NCBI GenBank assembly: GCA_944332815.1 | Contig: CALVKQ010000001.1 | Location: forward strand, 178,579 to 242,578 | Reading direction: 5' to 3' | From: an uncultured Clostridia bacterium | GTDB taxonomy: Bacteria > Bacillota > Clostridia > Christensenellales > CAG-917 | DNA length: 64,000 bases | Shown: piece after piece, positions 30,898 through 39,715 of the stretch | Layout of the letters: each line of letters starts with the position of its first letter | How positions within the stretch are numbered: position 1 is the first letter of the stretch | The notes under the pieces: generated by a model | What the model saw: the letters and a program-made list of their open reading frames with translations, nothing else | What the model was told of the DNA's origin: nothing | The model's database searches: none | Program-made: the position numbers and the translations under genes

Positions 30898-33396
30898 ATG
30901 AAGAAACACACGGGAAAATTTTTGATACTTTTGCTCGCCCTTCTCATGATATTCGCACTTGCGGCGTGCAACGATCAGAGCGGCGGCAACGACAACACCG
31001 ACCCGGGCGGCAGCGACCCCATCACCCCTGCGACCTACACCGTCCACTTCGACGCGAACGGCGGCGCCGACTTCGGAGATGAGTTCGACCTCAAAAACGT
31101 CGCTTACGGCAGCACGGTGAGTCGCCCCACGCGCAACGGCGAGCCCTACGAGCCCTGGCGCACAGGTTATATCTTTAACGGCTGGAATTACGGCAGCGAC
31201 AAATTCGTCTTCGAAGACGACGAAGAGGGCACGCCCACACGCGTCACTTCCGACATCACCATTTCCGCGTCCTGGGTCGCGAGGCAGGACGAGCACACCC
31301 TGGTCACCTCCGCCAACAGCAAGAAATATCCTTACGGCGGCAACGCCGAGTACGGCAGCTGGACTTATGAGGGGAACGTCACCCTCGTGAGAGCGTCCGG
31401 CTCCGATGTGGACCCCGTGTTCAAGACGGAGTATGACAACGCAGAAGCCGTGGGCGCCATCCCCACCGTCACTTCGGACGTGGAGGGGGACTGGTTCGCG
31501 TACTGGTACTACGTCACCGTGGACAAGGACGGCAATGTGACGGAAGTCCCCTTCACCACTGCGCGCACTTCCGCGGACGACGACTCCGCGCTCAAACTGC
31601 TTTCGGAGTACACCCTCAATTCCGCGCAGGTGCTCTACCCCAAGATGCACAGCCAACTGCCCGTCTACACCCTCAAATACGGTGACGAAGTGCTCGGGGA
31701 GTTCCGCCTCGGGGACACCGTGAACGTGAACGACATCACCGAACCCACCCGTGAAGGTTACGTCTTTGACGGCTGGTACTACACCGTCACGACGGGCTCG
31801 GGAGAGAACGAAAAAGAGGTCGAATACTCCTTCGTGCTGCTGGAAAGCACCGAGAACGGCGACAACCGCGCGGACGCCACGGTGTTGAGCGAGGACATCG
31901 CCACCTCTGCCGAAGACGGCTACACCCTCTCCGTCTATCCCAAGTGGGTGCGCACGGTGACGATCGGGAACGAACAGGATCTGAACGATTTCCGCACCGG
32001 ACTCGAAGCGACCCTCGCAGGTGATGACGAAGTGGAAAAATACGCCTACATCAATGCGCAGATCTCCTTTGCGGACGGGATATCCCTCACCCTCTCCGAC
32101 GCCGCGCCCCTCTACACCGCGGACGCGCCCTTTGCAGGCGAACTCCAAGGTAACGGCGCGACCGTCACCATGAACTATACCGACGCATACACCGGCTCCG
32201 TGCTGGCGTTCATCGGCGCGTCGAAAGGCAGCATATCCGACCTCACCGTCACCCTGACCGTGAACGGCTTGGGCAGCGGCGACTCCGTGATAAACATCGG
32301 CGCGGTGGGCAGGAACTCGGGCAGCATATCTTCCGTGACGGCGACTCTGACCGTGGGCGGCGCCGATGCGGCGATCGCCGCGGAGGGCAAGACCCTCTAC
32401 ATCGGCGCGATCGCGGCAAGACAGCTCGCAGGCGCCGTCCTCGAAGACTGCTCCGTGACCAAAACGGAAGCGCACATCTCCTCCGCCGCGGCGGTGTATG
32501 TGGGAGGCGCGCTCGGCATAGCCGGTGACGCCGCTTCCTCCGCGAAGGGGACGACGGTCGCCGCCGTAACTTTCAACGTCACCGCCACGGGCAGCGTGTA
32601 CGCAGGCGGATTCGTCGGCAACGCGCTCTCCATCTCCGCGATCGAATGCACCGTGAGCTCCGCCAACATCACAATCACGGCTTCCGACGTGTACGCAGGC
32701 GGATTCGCAGGCGCGTTGAGCGGTGGGAATTGTAGCACCTGCATCGCAAACTCCGCGATGACCGTCAACGCCGCACGTTCCGCAAGATCGGGCGGATTTG
32801 TGGGAGAGAACAAGTCCCTCCTCGCCAATTGCAGCGCGCGCACCGCTCTCACCGTCAACGCAGGCGACGGCAGCAGCGTGTATGCAGGCGGCATCGCAGG
32901 CACTTCCTCCCGTTTCAACATCGGCGCCTCCACCTCCTCATCCGCGACCGGGGACATCAACACTTCCTACGGCGGCGGCAGGATAACGGTGAACGCGGCG
33001 ACGGAAAACGCTTCCGTGCGCGCGTACGTGGGCGGCGTTGCCGGACGCATGAGCGATATGCGCTCCGAGCGCGCGTTCGCCGACGTTGACATAGAACTGG
33101 GCGCAGGGATCTCCGCCGACACGGTCAACGCCTTTGTGGGCGCGACGCAGAGGACCGTCAACTTCTCCGGCTGCTACTATGCCTCCGACTGCCTGGTGAA
33201 CGGCGCGGCTCCCGAAGTGGATTACTCCAACGTCAAAGGCATCGAAAGCGACAAGTTCAAGGACAGCGACTGGCTGCACAGCGACGAAGGTCTGAACCTT
33301 GACCCCGTCTGGCAGGGCACCGAAGACGGCCCCGTGATAGTCATCGACTCGGGCGACGCGGACGACGATACGTCGGACGGCGGCGAAAACGCGTGA
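30898..33396 (+). CDS. Large surface lipoprotein with Listeria/Bacteroides-type repeats and GLUG-like repeats
   Basis: Lipobox LLMIFALAAC|NDQ. Two YTV.FD.NGG...GY.F.GW repeats. At least 6 G-rich repeats (YAGGFVGN, YAGGFAGA, SGGFVGEN, YAGGIAG, YVGGVAGR). Confidence 0.8.
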   Translation: MKKHTGKFLILLLALLMIFALAACNDQSGGNDNTDPGGSDPITPATYTVHFDANGGADFGDEFDLKNVAYGSTVSRPTRNGEPYEPWRTGYIFNGWNYGSDKFVFEDDEEGTPTRVTSDITISASWVARQDEHTLVTSANSKKYPYGGNAEYGSWTYEGNVTLVRASGSDVDPVFKTEYDNAEAVGAIPTVTSDVEGDWFAYWYYVTVDKDGNVTEVPFTTARTSADDDSALKLLSEYTLNSAQVLYPKMHSQLPVYTLKYGDEVLGEFRLGDTVNVNDITEPTREGYVFDGWYYTVTTGSGENEKEVEYSFVLLESTENGDNRADATVLSEDIATSAEDGYTLSVYPKWVRTVTIGNEQDLNDFRTGLEATLAGDDEVEKYAYINAQISFADGISLTLSDAAPLYTADAPFAGELQGNGATVTMNYTDAYTGSVLAFIGASKGSISDLTVTLTVNGLGSGDSVINIGAVGRNSGSISSVTATLTVGGADAAIAAEGKTLYIGAIAARQLAGAVLEDCSVTKTEAHISSAAAVYVGGALGIAGDAASSAKGTTVAAVTFNVTATGSVYAGGFVGNALSISAIECTVSSANITITASDVYAGGFAGALSGGNCSTCIANSAMTVNAARSARSGGFVGENKSLLANCSARTALTVNAGDGSSVYAGGIAGTSSRFNIGASTSSSATGDINTSYGGGRITVNAATENASVRAYVGGVAGRMSDMRSERAFADVDIELGAGISADTVNAFVGATQRTVNFSGCYYASDCLVNGAAPEVDYSNVKGIESDKFKDSDWLHSDEGLNLDPVWQGTEDGPVIVIDSGDADDDTSDGGENA

Positions 33397-33416
33397 CCCT
33401 CGCATCCCGACATACG

Positions 33417-33453
33417 AAAAGCCCGTTGCCTGAAAGCAACGGGCTTTGTTTTT
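33417..33453 (+). terminator. Terminator after the large surface lipoprotein gene
   Basis: AAAAGCCCGTTGCctgaaaGCAACGGGCTTTGTTTTT. Stem sequence nearly identical to the terminator at 26563-26596. Confidence 0.7.
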
Positions 33454-33477
33454 GTGCTCCCCGGATAGGCTCTCCGC

Positions 33478-33625
33478 GCCCGAGTTTACTTAATAACCGT
33501 CTGACTTGCGAGGTCACGGTTTTACCGCATCGAAAATGCTTTAGCCGGTGACCCCTGCCGCGCCGCGGCATTCAAGCGGCGGCAAGCCGCCTGCGGCGCT
33601 TGCTCTTTGAGCCGCACGGTCGCCG
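33478..33625. repeat. Mosaic repeat modules shared with regions 15.2 kb and 27.0 kb
   Basis: GTTTACTTAA..CGTCTGACTTGCGAGGTCAC matches 15213-15250. GCGCCGCGGCATTCAAGCGGCGGCAAGCCGCCTG matches the reverse complement of 27003-27037. Confidence 0.75.
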
Positions 33626-33642
33626 CTCCCGAGAAAAAGAGC

Positions 33643-35049
33643 TCATTTCAAGGTCGCCGTGCGCACTATCCTTCTCTTCTTCACCCAGCGTCCCATATAG
33701 CGGAGATTGCCGTCGAACTCGTCCCCTATTTCGCGCATTTTTGCATACATCGCGGTTTTAAGCCTCTCTTTTTCGCCGTTAAACCTCTCATCGTGCGCAA
33801 GGTTGCGCGTCTGCAAGGGATCTGCGATATTGTCGAACAGATATTCGGTCTTGTCCGAACGGTACACGGCGTATGTGAAACGCTTATCCCTCACCGCGCG
33901 CCATTCCCTGCCCGGTCCGAACACCGCGGTGGGGCCCGTCCCCATCATTAGTGAAGGGGTGTCGTCCGTGGCGTCGGTGGTCAGGCAACAAGAGAGGTCC
34001 TTCCCCTCGACCTCACTCGGGCACTCCGCCCCCATCAGCGCGAGCAGCGTGGGCATGATGTCCACGGTGTTGAAACAAAAGTCGCGTTTCCCGGGAGAAA
34101 TGCGGCTGCCCCATTTTATCAGGAAGGGCACGCGCACCGCCTCGTCGTAAAAGATGTTTTTCGCTCTTCTGCCGTGCGCGCCGAACATCTCGCCGTGATC
34201 TGATGTGAACACGAACACGGTGTCCTCCGTCACGCCAAGCTCGTCCAATGCCGCGCGCAGTCTGCCCACGTTATAGTCAAGGTCGGCGACCATGGCGTAA
34301 TAGACGCGCATCCACTCCGTGAGTTTCCCCCTCTCAAAGGGGAAGAACCTCGCCCAAAGGTCGGCGTGGCGGTCGTTGCACGGGAGATAGTTCCCGGGCA
34401 GGTCGAACTCCGTCCCCTCAAACATATCGAGGTATTTTTGCGGCACATTATCGCGCGTCCACGGGTCGTGCGGCGTGCCGAGGGAGAGAAAGAGCGCGAA
34501 CGGTTTCTCCCCTTTCGCCGCTTCTTTCAGCCGCTCGATGGCGAGGTCGGTCATGAAGTCAGGTTCGTAACCCTCGGCGTATATCTTCTCCGGGGTGTCC
34601 AGATGATAGTAGGCGTAGGGGGCGTAATATCTGTGATGAAAATTGTATGCGGCAAAGTAGCCGTCAAAGCCCAGCCTGTCCTCCCCGGGAGGGATGAAGG
34701 AGTTCTTCACGTCGAAATGGTTGCCGAGCTGCGCCGCGTAAAGGTGCCACTTCCCTATGTATGAAGTGTCGTAACCGGCGTCGTTGAGCACATGCGCGAA
34801 ACAACGGTGGTGCGTGTTCATGCGGATCTCGTTGATGACCATGCCCGTGGAAGTGGTGTACTTGCCCGTGAGCAGCGACGCGCGGTAAGGCGCGCAAACG
34901 GGGTGCCCGGAAACGGCATTGACCACATCCGCGCTCTCCGCCGCCAGTGCGTCGATGTTGGGAGTGCGCGCGCGGCTGTCGCCGTTGTAACCCAGCGACG
35001 CCCACCTGAGCTGATCCGCAAACACGTAAACGAGATTAGGCTTTTTCAT
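33643..35049 (-). CDS. Sulfatase (Cys-type, formylglycine-dependent family), apparently cytoplasmic
   Basis: MKKPNLVYVFADQLRW...CAPYRASLLTGK (C-x-P-x-R signature), DHGEMFG block, no signal peptide. ATG 35049 lies 1 nt after the transporter stop, with GGAGTGA as SD. Confidence 0.85.
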   Translation of the reverse strand: MKKPNLVYVFADQLRWASLGYNGDSRARTPNIDALAAESADVVNAVSGHPVCAPYRASLLTGKYTTSTGMVINEIRMNTHHRCFAHVLNDAGYDTSYIGKWHLYAAQLGNHFDVKNSFIPPGEDRLGFDGYFAAYNFHHRYYAPYAYYHLDTPEKIYAEGYEPDFMTDLAIERLKEAAKGEKPFALFLSLGTPHDPWTRDNVPQKYLDMFEGTEFDLPGNYLPCNDRHADLWARFFPFERGKLTEWMRVYYAMVADLDYNVGRLRAALDELGVTEDTVFVFTSDHGEMFGAHGRRAKNIFYDEAVRVPFLIKWGSRISPGKRDFCFNTVDIMPTLLALMGAECPSEVEGKDLSCCLTTDATDDTPSLMMGTGPTAVFGPGREWRAVRDKRFTYAVYRSDKTEYLFDNIADPLQTRNLAHDERFNGEKERLKTAMYAKMREIGDEFDGNLRYMGRWVKKRRIVRTATLK

Positions 35050-35050
35050 A

Positions 35051-36539
35051 TCACTCCTCCGCGGCTCCTTCGCCTGCGGCTGCCGCCTCTGCGCACATCT
35101 CCGCCTCTTCTTCCGCCTCTTCGGACGGTTGCTCGGCGGCGCTGCGCAGTTCCGCAAGCCTTGCGCGCATCTCGGCGTCGCGCTTCTTGTTAAGAGGATA
35201 AAGGAGCATGAGCACGAGCATGAGCGCGAACATGACGAGGGGCACCACGGTGGCGAGCAGATATATCCCGTCCGCCGTCCGTTCGCTCTGCCCTGCGTAG
35301 CCGTTGGCGGCGACGTAACCCACCGCGCCTATCAGAGCCGGCACTATTGCCGCGATAGCCTGCCCTATCTTGCGCATGAAGGTGAACGCGGCGTAGCCTA
35401 TCGCCTCCTCGCGCCTGCCCGTCGCCAGCTCGTGACAGTCGATGACGTCCATGGCGAGCGCCCATATCTCCAACGTGAAGAAGCTCACGCCCACGCCTTG
35501 CAGGAAACAGAACGCGATGAATATCCACGGGTCGGGGATGCGCCACACCGTCATGACCAGGGTGGCGGCGACGGACACTATCAAACCGTAGACGCATATC
35601 TCCTTTTTGCCCACCTTTTTGATGATAAGCTCCGTGAACGGGATGACCGCGACCATTGGCGCATAGGTCGCTATGGTGACGAAAGTCATCATGCCCTCTT
35701 TCAGATAGTAGACGTTGAACAGATACAGGTTTATCGCGCTGATATACATGGAGGACGCGATGAGCAGCATCCCGGCAAGGCTCATTATGACGAAAGGTTT
35801 GTTCTTGATGAGCGACCCGAGGGCTTTGCGCAGGCTGGTCTGCTGCGCGGTGGGAGGATAGTCGTAGTTCTCTTTCGTGAAGAAGAATGCGATGAGATAG
35901 CTCGCCGCCATGATGACGGCGATGACCGCCATGCAAACGACCAACTTGTTGCCGTCCAGCAGCTTGTCCTCCTCCCCTGCGGCGTTTATGAAAGTGGAAT
36001 AGACGATGAGCGGAAAGAGTATGCCGGCAGGCACGCCGCCTATACCTCCGCCTATCGACCGCGCGATGGACAGACGGCTGCGCTCGTTGGGATCGCGCGT
36101 CATGACCGTGGCGAGCGACCCGTAAGGCACCAGCACGACGGTGTACAGCATCCCGTAAGCGATGTAGGTGAAAAACGCGAAAACTATGCACTCCGCAAGC
36201 GACATATCCGGGATGGGCGCGAACATGAGCACCGCAGACAGCGCGAGCGGCATTCCGCCTATCAGAAAATATTGTCGGAATTTGCCGTACTTTGTCGGTT
36301 TTGCGCGCTGCGCCAGCCAACCCATGATGGGGTCGTTTATGGCGTCCCATACGCGCGCGATTATCATTATGACGGTCACCGCCGTGAGCCATGTGGCGGC
36401 GGTCTTGTCATCGAACTTGGCGCCCAGCACGTCCGTGTAGAACAACGTGAGGTAAGACCCCACCGCGGCAAACGCGATATTGTTGCCGAGGTCCGCCACG
36501 CCGTAACCGATATAACTCTTCAAGCCGAGTTTTTTCACT
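35051..36539 (-). CDS. GPH-family (glycoside-pentoside-hexuronide) cation symporter / MFS transporter
   Basis: (V)KKLGLKSYIGYGVADLGNNIAFAAVGSYLTLFYTDVLG and about 12 hydrophobic spans. GTG 36539 has SD GAGAGGG. The longest ORF start (GTG 36583) abuts the predicted -10 box, so the shorter form is preferred. Acidic/Ala-rich C-terminal tail. Confidence 0.8.
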
Positions 36540-36590
36540 TTTTCCCTCTCATCGTCGAAGTGCGGAACGAATGACGCTTCCACACCACCA

Positions 36591-36619
36591 TGATAAAGCC
36601 TGAAACCGCCAAAATCAAT
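36591..36619 (-). promoter_or_regulatory. Promoter for the GPH transporter-sulfatase pair (TTGATT-17-TATCAT)
   Basis: Minus strand TTGATTttggcggtttcaggcttTATCAT, just downstream of the M28 terminator. Confidence 0.5.
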
Positions 36620-36671
36620 ACCGTCCGCCGATAAAAACGGTCCTTGCCTTCAAATTAAAGTCGTCATTTTC

Positions 36672-36710
36672 AAAAAAAGTCCTCGGGCGCTCGTTCTGGA
36701 GCCCGAGGAC
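36672..36710 (-). terminator. Terminator after the M28 peptidase gene (end of a probable leuS-serS-M28 transcript)
   Basis: Minus transcript GUCCUCGGGC-12 nt-GCCCGAGGAC followed by U7. Confidence 0.7.
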
Positions 36711-36777
36711 ACTGCCGGACGGCGCGGCGCGCCGTCCGGTCATCTCGCTTTTTTGCCGTATTCACGGCAATGACTTT

Positions 36778-38334
36778 TTATTTTTCGTCGTCCACGGAGA
36801 GCTCGACGGGCATCTCCATGGGAGCGGCATCCTCCGCGGCAGGTGCGGTGGAAACGACGGGCGCGGTTTCCGCAACGGGCGCCTCATCGCTCTGCTCTGC
36901 GACGGCGTCCGCCGTTTTGACGTCCGTCACGGGCGCGCTGTCGGGGACGTAAGTCCCGTTCTTCACCGCTTCTTCGTGCGCCGCTATCTTGTCGATGAGG
37001 CGGAGCACCACGTCAATGCCCATGCCCACGGTTTCCTTCTCGAAGCGTTCGGGAACGTCGTAGAAGGTGTGGTAATAGTGTGTGAGAGTGGGGTTCTGCG
37101 CCGCGAAAGTTATGCTCTTCACGCCTGCCTTGGTGAAGGGGGTGGAGTCACAACCGCCGACGGGGTTGGCGATGTTGCCCGGATTCTCGATGCCTGCGTC
37201 GATCATGGACTCGGTGAGCAGTTTTTCCAGCGTGGGATCGAAGTGCGTGAACTGCCACACGTCGCCGTGTACGACCTGGAAGTGATCCTTGTCCGCAATG
37301 GAGTCGATGTTGATGTTCCAGCAGTTTTTGAGGATATCCTCGCCCGCGTGTCTGCGAGTGAAATCGATGGAACCTCTCAGCCCTGCCTCCTCCGAACCGC
37401 AGTTGAAGTCGATGATACGGCAGCCCTTGGGCATCTTGTCGGGGTTTTCCTTGTAGTACTTGGTGACCGCGTAAGCGATGGCTATGCCGGTGGCGTTGTC
37501 CATCGCGCCGGGGGACGCCGTGCGCGGATTCTTGTCCGCCCACATGGTGATCATAAAGCAACCGGGGATGACGAACAGGGGGATGAGGATGTAGAGTGCG
37601 ACGGAGAGGTCGGAAAGCCCCATCGCAAGGTCGTAAAGCTCTTTTTCCTCCATGCCGGTGAGTTCCGCGCCTTCCTCTCCCAAAACATACGCCAAGTCGA
37701 ACTGAGTCACGAGTGCGAGTTCGCCGAAGAAAATGACGGCGGAGCAGATGAACAGGAAGAGGAACGCCAGGATGCCTATGCCCATCTTGATGAAGACGGG
37801 GACGGGACCGCCCTTCGCGTTTTTGGTGGCGGCGGAATGCTTCCAGTTCCAGCTGGTGTCGGTATGGCCGGAAACCATGATCGTGTAGTCATACTTGCCG
37901 TCCTCGGGCAGCACTTCGCCGTACACGTTTTGGGACGGCTGCTGCTTGAAGGCGAAGTCGAACCACGTCTTGTAGAGGAAGACGCTGCACACCAGCCAGA
38001 TGAGGGTCGCAAGACACGCGAAGAACGCGAGCCCGTGCAGTCCCACGAACAGACCTTGCGCGACGCCGTAGCCGGACGCCGCAGGGAAAAGCATCAGTAT
38101 GCTTGCGCCGATACCCACCCATCCGGCATACGGGATGCCGCCGATGCTGGCGCGAGGCGCGACAAGGAATTTCTCCTTGACGGGCTTGATGCCGATGGCT
38201 TGCAGCTTGTCCGCCATGAAGTCGGCGAATTTTCTCTCATTCTCCGACCCCGGCAGGCGCGAGCCTATGTCGTTCGCAGCCGTTTCGACTATGCCGTACG
38301 CTTCGTCGGCATACTGTTTCAATTCTTCTCTCAT
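36778..38334 (-). CDS. M28-family metallopeptidase with several internal transmembrane segments
   Basis: VSGHTDTSW, GAMDNATGIAIAY and CGSEEAGLRGS (M28 metal ligand blocks), interrupted by hydrophobic helices. Low-complexity Ala/Pro/Glu C-terminus. SD GGGAGG before ATG 38334. Confidence 0.78.
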   Translation of the reverse strand: MREELKQYADEAYGIVETAANDIGSRLPGSENERKFADFMADKLQAIGIKPVKEKFLVAPRASIGGIPYAGWVGIGASILMLFPAASGYGVAQGLFVGLHGLAFFACLATLIWLVCSVFLYKTWFDFAFKQQPSQNVYGEVLPEDGKYDYTIMVSGHTDTSWNWKHSAATKNAKGGPVPVFIKMGIGILAFLFLFICSAVIFFGELALVTQFDLAYVLGEEGAELTGMEEKELYDLAMGLSDLSVALYILIPLFVIPGCFMITMWADKNPRTASPGAMDNATGIAIAYAVTKYYKENPDKMPKGCRIIDFNCGSEEAGLRGSIDFTRRHAGEDILKNCWNINIDSIADKDHFQVVHGDVWQFTHFDPTLEKLLTESMIDAGIENPGNIANPVGGCDSTPFTKAGVKSITFAAQNPTLTHYYHTFYDVPERFEKETVGMGIDVVLRLIDKIAAHEEAVKNGTYVPDSAPVTDVKTADAVAEQSDEAPVAETAPVVSTAPAAEDAAPMEMPVELSVDDEK

Positions 38335-38407
38335 AATGCCTCCCTTTCCGCCGCAGCGGAAACTTTTTCTTTATCCGAGTCGCACGCAGTGGCTGCCGAC
38401 CGAATTC

Positions 38408-39691
38408 TCATTTTTCTATCCTCTCCATGCCGCCCATCCACTTGCGGAGCACCTCGGGAACGGTGACGCTGCCGTCCTCGTTCTGGAACTGTTCCACGAT
38501 GGCAGGGATGAGCCTGCTGGTGGCGAGTCCGCTGCCGTTGAGGGTGTGGACGTACGCCGGTTTGCCCGTCTTGGAGTCGCGGTAACGGGTGTTGTTGCGG
38601 CGCGCCTGATAGTCGCCTGCGTTGGACACCGAACTGCACTCTTTATATATGCCCATGCTGGGGATCCAAAGTTCCACGTCGTAAGTCCTTGCCATGGACG
38701 CGGAGCAGTCGCCTGCGGCGAGTTTGGACACTCTGAAATGCAATCCCAGCCCTTCCACGAGTGCCGCCGCCTTGTCCACCAGTTCGTTGAAGGCTTCCAT
38801 GCTGTGCTCGGGATGCGCGTACTGCACCATCTCCACCTTGTTGAACTGATGTCCGCGTATCATGCCGCGTTCCTCCGCCCTTGCGCTGCCTGCCTCCTTA
38901 CGGTAGCAGGGGGTGTAAGCGAAGAACTTCATGGGCAGTTTGCTCTCGTCTATCAGCTCGCCCGCATACATGTTGACCAGCGCGGTTTCCGCCGTCGGGA
39001 GCATGAAACGGTTGCGGTGCCTGTCCTCGTCCAGGTCCAGCCAGTACACCTCGTCGCTGAACTTGGGGAACTGCCCCGCGCCGTAACCGCAGGACCAGTT
39101 GAGCTGATGAGGAGGCAGGATGAACTCGTAGCCGTCCTTCAAGTGCTCCTCTATGAAGTAGTTGAGCAGCGCCCATTCCAAACGCGCGCCCACGCCGCGG
39201 TATATCCAAAATCCGTTTCCGCCCAGCTTCACGCCCCTCTCGTAGTCGATGAGCCCCAGCGAGGTGCAAAGGTCCACGTGATTTTTGAGGGGGAAGGAGA
39301 ACTCCGGCTTCTCCCCCACCACCTTCACGACCCGGTTGTTCTCCTTATCGCCGGGGAGCAGGTCGTCGTCGGGGAGGTTGGGCAGACGGGAAAGGAAGTC
39401 GCTTATCCTCTCCACCAACGCGTTGATGTCGGCGTCACGGGCGGAGATCTCGTCGCCTATCTCGCGCATCTCCTTGAAGATATGCTCGACGGGCTGCCCC
39501 TCCTTTTTGAGTTTGGGTATCTCGGCGGACACCTTGTTGCGGCGCGCTTTGAGCTGTTCCACACTGCTTATCGCCGCCTTTCTTTCGTTATCCCACGCGA
39601 TGACGGGGGACAGGTCGGTGTCGCAGCCCTTCTTGGCGAGAGCCGCCGCCACGTACTCCGGATTTTCCTTTATTTTGTTGATATCCAGCAT
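38408..39691 (-). CDS. serS: Serine--tRNA ligase
   Basis: 427 aa. Coiled-coil N-terminus MLDINKIKENPEYVAAALAKKG; class II core (FRKEAGSA-like CYRKEAGSARAEERGMIRGHQF, TLNGSGLATSR). Confidence 0.95.
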   Translation of the reverse strand: MLDINKIKENPEYVAAALAKKGCDTDLSPVIAWDNERKAAISSVEQLKARRNKVSAEIPKLKKEGQPVEHIFKEMREIGDEISARDADINALVERISDFLSRLPNLPDDDLLPGDKENNRVVKVVGEKPEFSFPLKNHVDLCTSLGLIDYERGVKLGGNGFWIYRGVGARLEWALLNYFIEEHLKDGYEFILPPHQLNWSCGYGAGQFPKFSDEVYWLDLDEDRHRNRFMLPTAETALVNMYAGELIDESKLPMKFFAYTPCYRKEAGSARAEERGMIRGHQFNKVEMVQYAHPEHSMEAFNELVDKAAALVEGLGLHFRVSKLAAGDCSASMARTYDVELWIPSMGIYKECSSVSNAGDYQARRNNTRYRDSKTGKPAYVHTLNGSGLATSRLIPAIVEQFQNEDGSVTVPEVLRKWMGGMERIEK

Positions 39692-39715
39692 AATATTCTC
39701 CTTGAACGCACCGCG

